A stretch of 20,477 bases of DNA from Fibrobacteria bacterium (GCA_050486505.1 JBJHDK010000041.1:1-20477), one strand, 5' to 3'; shown: positions 8,990-18,820, counted from the first letter of the stretch. Translations and numbers: made by a program. The notes: generated by a model not told the origin, from the sequence alone.

Positions 8990-11050
8990 TCAAGTAAAGC
9001 GTATCCCCTCAGCGGTTAGCTTCTCCAGTGCTTCAAGAATGACAACGCACTGCTTAGGAGAGGGAAGCTTTTGTGGAATCTTACAGGCCACTTCCAAACA
9101 CCCGATTTCCTTGATAGATAAAAGTTTCCGCCTTTGTCCTTCATTGAGAAGCTTTTGCCACGTTGCTCCGGGGATCTCAACAACACGCACCTGAGCCGAT
9201 ATTCCATCCTCGACCTTCTGTTCCTTACCGCTCTGATGCCTCTCGCTTTCAACTTCTTCCAAAGACACCAATTCGTTAAAAAAGACAGCAGGTAATTTGC
9301 CTTCAAGCGTCTTGATGTGCTCACAGATGCGTGACCAGCATGCCTCCTTTTTACACCACTCGGAGATATTCGAAATACCGGACTGCGGATTCATGATGAA
9401 CCCATTTACAAACTGAGCAGAGATGGCTAATGCCTCCTCAAAGGAAGGATAAACTGCTTGGTTTTTCCAGATGCGTTGCCACGCGGGCGCTTGGTTACGA
9501 CGCTTACAACACTCTCCAATAGCCGCAATTGCGTAGGCGACAATATTCGCTCTATATCCACCGCCATACCACGGCTGCTCGGAAACAATTCTCTCCGTAC
9601 GACGGAAGATAATGGCTCGGGCTATCGCACGCTGATAGTAGAACTCATTAAAGCTAGTGGGGGACTTATCCCACTCCTTGCCGATCCGCTGTGCATATTG
9701 GACAAAATTTTTCTGGCCACCAAGATTCACCCAACGGGGGTGTTCATCGAAAACATTCTCGAACTTGGCCAAATCAGTCTTCGTGAACATCTGCGTCTTG
9801 GGATATTCCGCACGGAATCGCTTCTGCTCACCCGGCGTAAGCTTCGACTGCGCGTCAACGTACTGACCCCGCGCGCGCTCGTAGAACCACTTAGTCTCAC
9901 GTTGAGCGCCCTGCTGGGCTGGCGCCCAGATGCGGCGTGAGAATTCCGCCATACGGGTGTGGAAAGGGTGATTAGAGAAAAAGTCGGCCGCGTTCACCCG
10001 GTTCTGCGTGTTGGCATATTCGGAGATACGGGGAACGACTACCTCGCTCTGTACGCTGTCAATCACTGACAGTTTCATCTGGACGAAGATACGCGACAGA
10101 TCAGCCTTATCGCGACGCTGAGTATGGAACAGTGAAGCGGTAGTTTGGCCTCCGTTCACGATCTGAAGGTCAGTCATGCGGACGATCTGAAGCCCGCTGT
10201 CAGTTTTCCGTGTCTCAACCTCCTGCGCGGTTGCGGTGATACCATTGTTGTAGGCGAAGAACATCTGAGGTTCATTCATAATAGTCGCGCGTATGCCCTT
10301 ATTCACTTGTGCGCGGGCTTGAAGGAAGGTCCGCACGTTCTGCTCCAGCAAACGCGCACTGTATCGGTCGTAGAGCGCGGCCAAGATCGATGCCGGCATC
10401 ACGATGAGGTAAGACTGATAGGAGTCTGAGCCAAGATTCGCCGGCAGACAGTTGATGCCGCTTCCGAACATCTCGACAAAATCGATGTCGAGTGCCTCCT
10501 TGTGCCCGCGTGAGCTGCGCTGACGTTGGAACCGGGCCATGTCCCAGATGTGGTATGTGGCGCGGATGCCTTCCACCTCGCCGTCAGGAAATCCTTGGAA
10601 ACGGTCGCTCAGCACCCGCTCGGAGGCCAGATAGAAATTGACTTGGTGCAGCATCGCCCGCCTGTCGGCAATCTGCCGCACTAGCCCATATTCAGGGGTA
10701 GTGACATCGGGTTCCAAAGTTGCCTGGAGGCTTGCTTGGAAGAAGTTAACGGCGCGCTTGAACGCGGCGTCCACTTCCGTGCGTGTTAGTGTTTCCAGCT
10801 CACGCCGGCAATCGAAGTCAGCCACAAAGATGTCGAGCGCACCTTCGTCATTGAACCAATAACCGTCAACCCGCATGCCGCGCGTGGCACGGTAGTGGCA
10901 GTGCTCAAATCCCTCGATGAATCCGGTTTCGATCAGTTCGGTGGAGACCGTCTCCATAAACGCTGCAAGCTGATAGGTGCTGCTCGCCTCGGCGTCGGCC
11001 AGCGTCTCTTGGCGGAAGTCGTGGAAGAATTCATCTACGGTCTGTTCCAT
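8990..11050 (-). CDS. AIPR family protein (MzaE-like)
   Basis: LLEQNVRTFL, VNKGIRATI, FFAYNNGIT, LQIVNGGQTT and ANTQNRV. The ATG at 11050 overlaps the upstream stop (TGATG). Confidence 0.93.
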   Translation of the reverse strand: MEQTVDEFFHDFRQETLADAEASSTYQLAAFMETVSTELIETGFIEGFEHCHYRATRGMRVDGYWFNDEGALDIFVADFDCRRELETLTRTEVDAAFKRAVNFFQASLQATLEPDVTTPEYGLVRQIADRRAMLHQVNFYLASERVLSDRFQGFPDGEVEGIRATYHIWDMARFQRQRSSRGHKEALDIDFVEMFGSGINCLPANLGSDSYQSYLIVMPASILAALYDRYSARLLEQNVRTFLQARAQVNKGIRATIMNEPQMFFAYNNGITATAQEVETRKTDSGLQIVRMTDLQIVNGGQTTASLFHTQRRDKADLSRIFVQMKLSVIDSVQSEVVVPRISEYANTQNRVNAADFFSNHPFHTRMAEFSRRIWAPAQQGAQRETKWFYERARGQYVDAQSKLTPGEQKRFRAEYPKTQMFTKTDLAKFENVFDEHPRWVNLGGQKNFVQYAQRIGKEWDKSPTSFNEFYYQRAIARAIIFRRTERIVSEQPWYGGGYRANIVAYAIAAIGECCKRRNQAPAWQRIWKNQAVYPSFEEALAISAQFVNGFIMNPQSGISNISEWCKKEACWSRICEHIKTLEGKLPAVFFNELVSLEEVESERHQSGKEQKVEDGISAQVRVVEIPGATWQKLLNEGQRRKLLSIKEIGCLEVACKIPQKLPSPKQCVVILEALEKLTAEGIRFT

Positions 11051-12015
11051 CAGTCCCCCCCGAAGACTTCCCCGTCGTTGCATTCATAGGACGCAATGGT
11101 TTCCAGCCGGATGTCATATGCAGCACGCTCGATCCCGGTTGGCAGTTGCGATCGCATGAGCCGAGGAAAGCCCTCCCCGACGCGATAGCTGATCACCTCG
11201 CTGACGACAAAGCGGGGCTGATCATAGTCGGGCAAAGGTGCATAGCCGTGCGCCACGAGCTTGCGATCGAACGCCTCGATGGCCTCCGCCTCGCCGAGAC
11301 GCGCTTGGACGACGGCGACGATCTCGTTGAGCGATTGCGCACTCGCAGCGTCAGACAGGCTGCTCAGCCGGTAGATGCGCAGGAACAGCGCATCGTTGAG
11401 CGACTCCAGCTGATCCTCCGAGGAAATCCGGACCGTGCTGCGTTCGGTGCCGGAGAGCGATTTAATCTCAACCGCCGTGTTGCCGAAAATGAAATCCTGA
11501 TGAGACTTTTCCGGGCCGAGCCAGGCTTCGACGGCAACAGCGGACGATGGCTGTCGCTCGATCAGCTCCAACAGGAAGGTGAGTTCGGCGAAAAGACCGC
11601 GGATCTCCTCGGCCGACAGGTGTTGGCTGCGACCGGACAGGAAGGTCTTCCACCGCCGGATATGCGCCAACGCGACTGCGAGCGAACTGGCGGAGTCGGT
11701 GGCCCGTTCCAGAGCGGATGCAAGGGTGCGGCAGAGGCTCTCGAACAGATCGCGGTCGACCTGTTTTTCAAGAGTGAGGACAAGGCGCTGCCATCCCAGA
11801 TCACCCCCGCGAAGATCGACATGAATTCCATGTACCGTGACCACATCCTTACGAAACTGATCGGTGTAGTCGCCCTGAAGCTCGGCAATGAATAGGCAGG
11901 CACCAGTCGTGTCCCGCCCCCAGAAGCAGGGCACAGCAGTTTTGCTAGGAACCTGACGGACGTTAAAGTCCAGCCTTGGTACCGCGATTTCATCCCATGG
12001 AGACGGCTCAGACAT
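11050..12015 (-). CDS. PD-(D/E)XK motif protein, DUF4420 (MzaD-like)
   Basis: RRWKTFL, GLFAEL and WLGPEKSHQDFIFGNTAVEIKS...ISSEDQL. The start overlaps the Z1 gene end by 8 nt. Confidence 0.9.
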   Translation of the reverse strand: MSEPSPWDEIAVPRLDFNVRQVPSKTAVPCFWGRDTTGACLFIAELQGDYTDQFRKDVVTVHGIHVDLRGGDLGWQRLVLTLEKQVDRDLFESLCRTLASALERATDSASSLAVALAHIRRWKTFLSGRSQHLSAEEIRGLFAELTFLLELIERQPSSAVAVEAWLGPEKSHQDFIFGNTAVEIKSLSGTERSTVRISSEDQLESLNDALFLRIYRLSSLSDAASAQSLNEIVAVVQARLGEAEAIEAFDRKLVAHGYAPLPDYDQPRFVVSEVISYRVGEGFPRLMRSQLPTGIERAAYDIRLETIASYECNDGEVFGGD

Positions 12016-14665
12016 CGTCCTGGCCCTCATCGTCATCCGGATTATCAACCGGACCAAGCATCTGCTCTAACCAAATGCGATTGGCAACTACGCGCACTTC
12101 CTTTCTAGAGAGGCCGTCAGGGTAACTTACGCCGAACGCAGGTACACGGAGGCCCTCGAAATTCGGGTTCTCTATCGGCTCCAAGATGTGGAGCATGAGT
12201 AGCGGCTTTTTCCGAGCTACCCGATAATGATAATCGGAAGGCTTCTTCTTTTTACTTCCGGAATCCTCGGAAGCAACAGCTTTTGCGGTCGCAATTTGAT
12301 CGACTGTCAACCCGAGTTTTTCGTCTCCGCGACTAGCGAGCCTGTATCCAGTCAAGAGCCATCGATCTTCCACAGCATCCTTGGCTGTTCTTTCTTGTGC
12401 ACCAAGCTTAAAGTTGGCAGGATCCCCCTCCCCTTTGGATATGAGAAGGACATCACCATCAGGGAACTGGTCACGGATCGCCTCCAAATAGTCCAGCGCC
12501 GTAGACTTCTGGAGCCTAGCATCACGGTGAGACTTAAACTGGATCAGAAATTCTTCGATCTCCCCTACTGACACATCAGAGGCGAACCAACCTTTATCAG
12601 TTGGCCGCACTTTGTCTCCAAGGCTTTTCCAAAATTCTGAAATCAATTTCTCATTTTCATAATTAACTGCTTTATCTAGTGTTAGAAGTGTGCATTCAAT
12701 GAGCCTACCTGTCAGATTCTGATTTACAACAACCTCTTCGCCGGTACGCATTTTGTTATTGGCAGTTATGAGCAAACGGTCTGGGTGTGTCTGCACATAC
12801 AGACCAAACTCCTTTGGGCTCATTCCTCGTCGCCTCATGCGCCTTATTTGTTGAATAAGCTCCTCAGACGACTCTGCGATATGCGAATACCATCCGATTG
12901 AGTCTGGAGAGAGATGGACGCGGCAGAGGTCTTCATATCCGGGACGATAGCCGAACCATCTTCCCATCTGCAAAAGCGTATCGTACATCTTGGTGTTACG
13001 ATACATATAACTTAACGTCAACCCTTCAATAGTGAGACCGCGTGACAGACTCAAGCCACCGATTGAGATCGCCGTTAATCCAACACCTTCTTTTTCATAT
13101 TTGGAATAATCGAGGATTTCATCGCTATCGCTGTTGATAACAAAAATATGTAGGTGGCTGAATACGCTATATAGAGCCGCTTTCACTTCCAGCCAATCAA
13201 ATCCAGCTTCTGCGTAGACATCGTCGAAAGCACTCCGTAGGCCTCGCATGTATACATTGGCTGATGAAACTAGTTCCGGCATTCGGTAGTTTGCTCGCAC
13301 GGCATCAGTGATCTTCTTCACTCTCAGGCTTATGAAGTCACGAATCGTCTTTTGGACAGGCACGAAACGAGACACGTTTATCATCATCGAACAATGTTTG
13401 TTGCCTTGACCGCGCAGGTTACGGATGGCCCTAGCAACGATGAATTCGTTGAGAGCTCGGTAGAGACTGGGTGGAAGTTCTGTGATTGCATCATTACGCT
13501 TGTGCGCGAACGGGATAAAATCTTCACAATCTTCAATTTCCTTTACGATCGAAGCGCTTGTTTTTTCATTCAGAAATACCTTCTCAGCCCCGAAATATGT
13601 TGTGGGGGCATCTAGGCAGTAAATGAAGTCGCGAGGGAAGAGCTCCTCACGCACGTCATCATCATAGGCTTCGGGGTTAATGAAGATATTGGCAAAGGGC
13701 GTGGCCGTGTAGCCGACGTAGCAGGATTTAGCAAAGAGCCTGAGGATACGCCGGATCATAGCGTTTGTTAGTGTCGGATTTGCATCCTCCTTGTTTGTGT
13801 TGATTGAAGCGTTATCAGCCTCGTCGTCGATTAACAGCATCGGCACATCGGAAATTCGCCCATCGCGACGAGCATTCAGTGACTTGAGCCAATTGTACAG
13901 ATACTCCAATATCGAAACGCGCTTCTTGATGATAAGGATGATAGGCTTCGAGAAGTCGTTGATCTGCCAACCGCTCTTAGCCGCTGTGTTTTTGTTGAAA
14001 TCTTCGTTGATGTTAGTTAGTGTCGCCGGGTGAGGATAGCTTGGATCAAGTCCGACACCAACGTACACTCGATTATCAGGATCGCTTGAGCGACCGATGA
14101 AGGCTTCATCAATGCGTTCCTGGGTCTGCCTGCGCAAGTTATTGTGGATTCCGGCAATAACGATGATGAACTTATAACCAGAGTCGGCCGCCCGGGCGAT
14201 CAGTCCAGTGTAGTTCGCGGTCTTTCCAGATTGGACGTGACCGATAACCAAGCCCCGTCGGTTCCAGCTAGTACCCTCACTTAAAGGGTCTTGGAGATGC
14301 CCTAGAATGCGACTTGTAACATCACTCAAGGACTGAACCATATGGGGGGCCCATCCCTCCTTGAGTAGGAAGTTCTCGTAAGCATTGCTATAGGTCCAGG
14401 CGATGTCCTCGCGCTTGCTAACCCACTGATCGTCGTGCTTCGCTGCGACGTCCACCAGTGAGACGCCAGCCCCCATGCGCGTGTCGATAGAGATCATTGC
14501 TTCAGTAATAATGTTACGAATATCTCCTGTGTAATTACACATGGCCGCGATCTGCTTAGCCTTCTCTTCTACCTGCTCACGAGTCGGTACCTCAGCTAGA
14601 TTTGCTAGAACAGAGATTAGCGCAGTGGCGACATTACGCTCTTCCGTGATTATCGTCGCTGTCAT
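12008..14665 (-). CDS. Z1-domain protein with SF2 helicase-like motifs (MzaC-like)
   Basis: GHVQSGKT, IDDEAD, GYTATPFANIFI, LSRGLTIEGL and DTLLQMGRWFGYR. 885 aa. Confidence 0.93.
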   Translation of the reverse strand: MTATIITEERNVATALISVLANLAEVPTREQVEEKAKQIAAMCNYTGDIRNIITEAMISIDTRMGAGVSLVDVAAKHDDQWVSKREDIAWTYSNAYENFLLKEGWAPHMVQSLSDVTSRILGHLQDPLSEGTSWNRRGLVIGHVQSGKTANYTGLIARAADSGYKFIIVIAGIHNNLRRQTQERIDEAFIGRSSDPDNRVYVGVGLDPSYPHPATLTNINEDFNKNTAAKSGWQINDFSKPIILIIKKRVSILEYLYNWLKSLNARRDGRISDVPMLLIDDEADNASINTNKEDANPTLTNAMIRRILRLFAKSCYVGYTATPFANIFINPEAYDDDVREELFPRDFIYCLDAPTTYFGAEKVFLNEKTSASIVKEIEDCEDFIPFAHKRNDAITELPPSLYRALNEFIVARAIRNLRGQGNKHCSMMINVSRFVPVQKTIRDFISLRVKKITDAVRANYRMPELVSSANVYMRGLRSAFDDVYAEAGFDWLEVKAALYSVFSHLHIFVINSDSDEILDYSKYEKEGVGLTAISIGGLSLSRGLTIEGLTLSYMYRNTKMYDTLLQMGRWFGYRPGYEDLCRVHLSPDSIGWYSHIAESSEELIQQIRRMRRRGMSPKEFGLYVQTHPDRLLITANNKMRTGEEVVVNQNLTGRLIECTLLTLDKAVNYENEKLISEFWKSLGDKVRPTDKGWFASDVSVGEIEEFLIQFKSHRDARLQKSTALDYLEAIRDQFPDGDVLLISKGEGDPANFKLGAQERTAKDAVEDRWLLTGYRLASRGDEKLGLTVDQIATAKAVASEDSGSKKKKPSDYHYRVARKKPLLMLHILEPIENPNFEGLRVPAFGVSYPDGLSRKEVRVVANRIWLEQMLGPVDNPDDDEGQDDV

Positions 14666-16140
14666 GCGAAAGCCTCCGCGATGAATTTCTCAGCCGTCTC
14701 GAGCTGCCCGTCGAAGAGGTGTGTCGATCGCACAATCTGGAGGAATGCCTGCGGGTCGCCCGGCCCATCACCGTAGAGCACCTGCTTGAGGCTCTTAAGT
14801 CGATCCAGCGTCTGCTCCTTGTCCACGGCAGCCTGGCTCACCTCGCGCGGATGCGTCGAATAGTCGGAATAGATCATCTCGACCGGCAGGGCGGCGGCGA
14901 TCGAATCGAGCAGCACACACAGCGAACTGGCATCATCTGGAGTCAGCCGGGCGACGAGAGAAACGATGAGCGGGTGCCCCGCGTTGATCGCGAACCGGAT
15001 GCCGCCATGATCGGCGTAGCGCTCCCAGAGTGGTGCCTGGCTTTCTTGAAACAGCTTCTGGCCTCTACCGCGATGGACAGTTACACTTCGGGCAGTAATC
15101 TGACTGATTATCTGCCGCAGGCGCTCGCGCACTGCAAGCGGCGGCCGGGCACGCGACTTTTTGATATCGATCGTCCACGCTTCGTCCAAGCTATTCGGAA
15201 AATCGATCTGGACCCGTGCCAGTTTGGTCGCCTCACCTTTGGCTACCAGTCGGAACCAGTCACCCCAAGCCATCAGACGGCCGTTACGATAGACGTACGC
15301 GCCCTGGTTTGATATGAAGTCGCTACGATCCTGATAATAGTCGTACTCAGATGCAGAAAGTCGGCTGTGGTGAGGAAGGATATAGGGCTGCATCACTATC
15401 GGTACGTCGCTAATCCAGACCTTCTCCTCGCGTAGTGTCTGGGTCGCCTCGTTCTTTCGGCAGAAAGGATCGAAGGCAGCGATCGGATGACCGTTAATGC
15501 GGATAGCAAGCTTCCGTCGGCCTTTCACCTCGCCCGCGAGGAAGCGATGGAAGACGAGAGATAGATGCCTTTCAACAACTGCCAGCTTCTCGTTGACAAT
15601 CTCGTCGCGCTTCTGCCCGGTTTCGTCCTCGAACAGCCGGTCGAGGTCACGCCAGATGATCAGCGTCCCGGTCTCTCCAAGCATCTCGAAAAAGGGCTGC
15701 TCCACGATTTCGTCAGGTTCGAGAACGGAAATGAACCAATCGTCTTCCTTCTCGATCCGTGCGAGATTCCATTCCGCGCCGGCGCGGAGCCCTCCCACAG
15801 AGCTCACCACTGTCAGACGACGGCACTGCGAGAAGGATGCAGTCTTGAGACCGAGGCCGAAACGCCCAAGGTCTTTAGGCCCGCGCTCCTTGCGCGGATC
15901 AGTGGTGCCGTGGCGCATCGCCGCGATCACCTCGTCTTCCGTCATGCCGCGACCGTCGTCGGTAATAACAAGGACCGGGGCACTGCGATTTATGTCGCAG
16001 AAGACCTGAACCTCGGTTGCATCAGCCGAGATACTGTTGTCGATCAGATCGGCGACAGCGGTTTCGAGTGAATACCCGAGGTCACGAAGAGACGCCGTCA
16101 GGCTGGCGGCACTGGGTGGAAGATGGTGAGACCTAGCCAT
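14662..16140 (-). CDS. MORC/GHKL-family ATPase (MzaB-like)
   Basis: SLRDLGYSLETAVADLIDNSI, DDGRGM, LGRFGLGLKTAS, GTLIIW, QGAYVYRNGRL and DIKKS. The ATG at 16140 overlaps the vsr end. Confidence 0.92.
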   Translation of the reverse strand: MARSHHLPPSAASLTASLRDLGYSLETAVADLIDNSISADATEVQVFCDINRSAPVLVITDDGRGMTEDEVIAAMRHGTTDPRKERGPKDLGRFGLGLKTASFSQCRRLTVVSSVGGLRAGAEWNLARIEKEDDWFISVLEPDEIVEQPFFEMLGETGTLIIWRDLDRLFEDETGQKRDEIVNEKLAVVERHLSLVFHRFLAGEVKGRRKLAIRINGHPIAAFDPFCRKNEATQTLREEKVWISDVPIVMQPYILPHHSRLSASEYDYYQDRSDFISNQGAYVYRNGRLMAWGDWFRLVAKGEATKLARVQIDFPNSLDEAWTIDIKKSRARPPLAVRERLRQIISQITARSVTVHRGRGQKLFQESQAPLWERYADHGGIRFAINAGHPLIVSLVARLTPDDASSLCVLLDSIAAALPVEMIYSDYSTHPREVSQAAVDKEQTLDRLKSLKQVLYGDGPGDPQAFLQIVRSTHLFDGQLETAEKFIAEAFA

Positions 16141-16558
16141 CGGATAAAACCTTTCGCAAGCTACGCGTGAGCCGATGGACAGCATCTTGTTCGCCCTTCT
16201 TTAACTCGCATTCCCAAATAATCAGAACAGTCCATCCAGAAGCTTTAAGTTCAGCGTACTTGCGTAAATCACGCCCCACATTGCCGCTGAACTTTTCCCG
16301 CCAGAACTCTCTACGCGTTAAAGGCATTTTCGAATTTCTGCATTTCTTATGTCTATGCCAGAAGCATCCATGCACAAAGATGACTGTCCGATATTTCGGC
16401 AGAACGATATCGGGACGGCCAGGAAGATTTTTCACATGCAGCCGGAATCGATATCCCATCCTATGGAGAAGGGAACGAACTGCAACCTCTGGCACGGTGT
16501 CCTTGCCACGAATGCGGGACATGTTCCAGCTGCGGCGCTCGGGCGTTAGTTGGTCCAT
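16133..16558 (-). CDS. vsr: Very short patch repair endonuclease
   Basis: RSWNMSRIRGKDTVPE, LPGRPDIV, IFVHGCFWHRH and GWTVLIIWECE. Confidence 0.96.
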   Translation of the reverse strand: MDQLTPERRSWNMSRIRGKDTVPEVAVRSLLHRMGYRFRLHVKNLPGRPDIVLPKYRTVIFVHGCFWHRHKKCRNSKMPLTRREFWREKFSGNVGRDLRKYAELKASGWTVLIIWECELKKGEQDAVHRLTRSLRKVLSDG

Positions 16559-18138
16559 CAGTCGTTCGCCCCGGCAGCTTCTAGAAGATCACGTACAATT
16601 TCGCCGATCTGACGCGCAAGCAGCGGTGGAACCGCATTACCGACTTGAGTGTATTGCGCTGTTCTATTGCCACAGAGGAAGTAGTTGTCCGGAAAGGTCT
16701 GGAGACGTGCGGCCTCACGCACGGTAAGGCTTCGGCACTGAAGGGGATCATAATGGATGTAGTAGTGGCCGTCCTTACTGATGTGAGAAACAACCGTTGT
16801 GCTTGGGCGAGAACTTATCTGAACCCGAAAGCGGTCAGAAAAATGGCCATTCTGAATAGCACTATTCACGTTGACGTGCTTTGGAAGCAGGTCTACAGGA
16901 AAGTTTTTAAGCGTTGGTGAATTGCCATGAAGCTTCGCAAAGCAGGCCGCGTAGAAATAACGATATAGATCCTTCTCCATATGTCCTCGACTACTGTGAT
17001 TACATATGCCTCCGATCCGATCATCTCCAAACCATTCCGCTTCATAGGTGCTTGTGCTATCTCGCGCCAAAAATTCTGCGCCCCGGTCCGCTCTCGGCAG
17101 AGTGATTTCCGCAAGCGACTTATGAATTAAATGCGAGAGAGCTTCACTGTCAGCCTTACGCGCCCCCCCATTAGCCCAGCGGCTATCAGCCTGTGATTGC
17201 AAGCAAAGTTTCCAAGCATCTGCTGAATCTTTCTTGCCTGGCGATAAGCCGCTCCTGAGCCTTGGTAGCCCTCCAATGACTGAGCTAAGGGGAACCGGTT
17301 CTTTTTCAACTAAGGGCCGCGGTTTGATCCCTGTGATATCATCACGCACACCAAGCAATATCACGCGATGGCGAGCCTGAGGGACTCCATACTTTTCCGC
17401 TTTGACAACTGCGCCGTGCATTGCGCCATTCTCAAACTCATGACTCTCTGTCAGAGAATAGATGCGATATCCGCCACGCTTGATATAACGATTGTTGCGG
17501 CCTTCCCGTAGAATAGCCCTCTCAGGTTCGCGTAAATCATCTAGAATACGGTGAAAAACTCGCTCATTTTCCAATGTCGCTGATAAAAGCCCTTTGACAT
17601 TCTCCATGATGAATATGGCGGGGCGATGTTCAGCAAGTATCTGAAGGTATTCGACATATAAACGCTGCCGTTCGTCCTTGGAAGGATCATATTCTGGGTT
17701 ACCATTATTTCGAGAGCGCCCCGCGATGGAATATGCTTGACACGGCGGCCCACCAATCAGAACCCAACTCGTATCGCTGCCAATCGCTTCACGAATGCGA
17801 CGTCGAACTTCAACGGGATCCTCCCCCTTTTCGTCATCTTTTCCTTTCCCAAGTGTTGCATGCCAGGCTCGATTTTGTGCACGCACAGCTTCAATCGGAT
17901 ACTTCTGAAACAAAGTCTCTTGAGTAATCTCTCCACGAAGGAAGCGATAATAGTCGTCTGGTACACGGACGGGAAACTGTCGAAAAAACGTACGCAGAAG
18001 TAATGTTGTGTGAGCCTGTTTTTCTTTTTCAATCGACAACATTACATCGAAGACAGGTTCATCATTTGCAGTTGTGACGGCCGAAAAGCCCTCACCTAGT
18101 CCTCCAGGTCCCGCGAAGATATCAACCACCTTGATCAC
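16558..18138 (-). CDS. dcm: DNA (cytosine-5)-methyltransferase
   Basis: Motif I DIFAGPGG, motif IV GGPPCQAYS, motif VI ENVKG, motif VIII YGVPQARHR, motif IX RSLTVREAARLQTFP and motif X QVGNAV. The GTG at 18138 has GAGG upstream. Confidence 0.96.
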   Translation of the reverse strand: MIKVVDIFAGPGGLGEGFSAVTTANDEPVFDVMLSIEKEKQAHTTLLLRTFFRQFPVRVPDDYYRFLRGEITQETLFQKYPIEAVRAQNRAWHATLGKGKDDEKGEDPVEVRRRIREAIGSDTSWVLIGGPPCQAYSIAGRSRNNGNPEYDPSKDERQRLYVEYLQILAEHRPAIFIMENVKGLLSATLENERVFHRILDDLREPERAILREGRNNRYIKRGGYRIYSLTESHEFENGAMHGAVVKAEKYGVPQARHRVILLGVRDDITGIKPRPLVEKEPVPLSSVIGGLPRLRSGLSPGKKDSADAWKLCLQSQADSRWANGGARKADSEALSHLIHKSLAEITLPRADRGAEFLARDSTSTYEAEWFGDDRIGGICNHSSRGHMEKDLYRYFYAACFAKLHGNSPTLKNFPVDLLPKHVNVNSAIQNGHFSDRFRVQISSRPSTTVVSHISKDGHYYIHYDPLQCRSLTVREAARLQTFPDNYFLCGNRTAQYTQVGNAVPPLLARQIGEIVRDLLEAAGAND

Positions 18139-18590
18139 TTGCGCCTCGAATTCGAAACACAAGTGTTTGCTTCGTACAAGTGAATTGCGATTCGAAGTCT
18201 GGGCAGGATAGCTGTGGGTTTGTAACAGCGGCCTTTGTCGGCGCTCTTGCGGACCATTCTAGTGTTCCTTTGGTATCAAAAAGTCCCATAGGTGCCTCAA
18301 CTCATGGTGAGTACCCAAAAGACCCTCAATCTACCCCATTTTTCACCCACAATAGCACGGAATTTCACCAAATTTCACCCGTACCCCGACGATTTCTTCT
18401 CATTTGCGCCAAAGAGCAACCAATGCCCAATGCGACTTGCGACTGGACGGCCCCATCCCGGTCGAATTCGACGCCGAAGGGAACCCCATCCTCTACCCCA
18501 CCCTCGATGCCGCGCAGCACGTCATTGCCGAAGATGTCATGGAACGCCTCAGGCAATACCTCGACGGTGAAGATCGCGAGTTTGAGGATG

Positions 18591-18612
18591 CCTGCCCCGG
18601 CGCAGGCCGGGG
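18591..18612 (+). repeat. 22-bp hairpin insertion 1
   Basis: CCTG-CCCCGGCGCAGGCCGGGG. The 18-bp core is 17/18 identical to the REP core at 3322-3339. Confidence 0.8.
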
Positions 18613-18633
18613 CGATGAACCCCGAGGAATACG

Positions 18634-18655
18634 CCTGCCCCGGCGTACGCCGGGG
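18634..18655 (+). repeat. 22-bp hairpin insertion 2
   Basis: CCTG-CCCCGGCGTACGCCGGGG, 20/22 identical to insertion 1. The core is a perfect 18-bp palindrome. Confidence 0.8.
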
Positions 18656-18753
18656 TCTGCCCCGTCGAACTCCTCCCCGACGGAACGATGCGGCCGATTA
18701 CGGAATAGGCGCGCCCTCGGGTCAAGGTCCGCAGCTCATCACGTCGTTGTCTA

Positions 18754-18782
18754 TTGACTTCTTTTCCCTGATGCAGTAATTT
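18754..18782 (+). promoter_or_regulatory. Sigma70-like promoter
   Basis: TTGACT-17 nt-TAATTT in otherwise GC-rich DNA. Confidence 0.55.
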
Positions 18783-18820
18783 TCGGCGTCACCCCCCCTC
18801 TCATTTCGATGGCAGGGCGC

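Larger units (their letters stand above)
18446..18708 (+). pseudogene. Hypothetical-protein gene disrupted by two 22-bp insertions (5' end unclear)
   Basis: Deleting 18591-18612 and 18634-18655 gives the continuous frame DGPIPVEFDAEGNPILYPTLDAAQHVIAEDVMERLRQYLDGEDREFEDAMNPEEYVCPVELLPDGTMRPITE* with GC3-rich codons. Confidence 0.7.

Noticed and set aside
18155..18168. AAACAC-AA-GTGTTT palindrome upstream of dcm as a controller-protein operator
   Set aside because: Only 6-bp arms, single copy, and no controller gene in the window, so it could be chance.
18591..18655. Mini CRISPR array (two 22-bp palindromic repeats with a 21-bp spacer)
   Set aside because: Only two repeats, no leader or cas genes, and the spacer is contiguous coding sequence of the interrupted gene.
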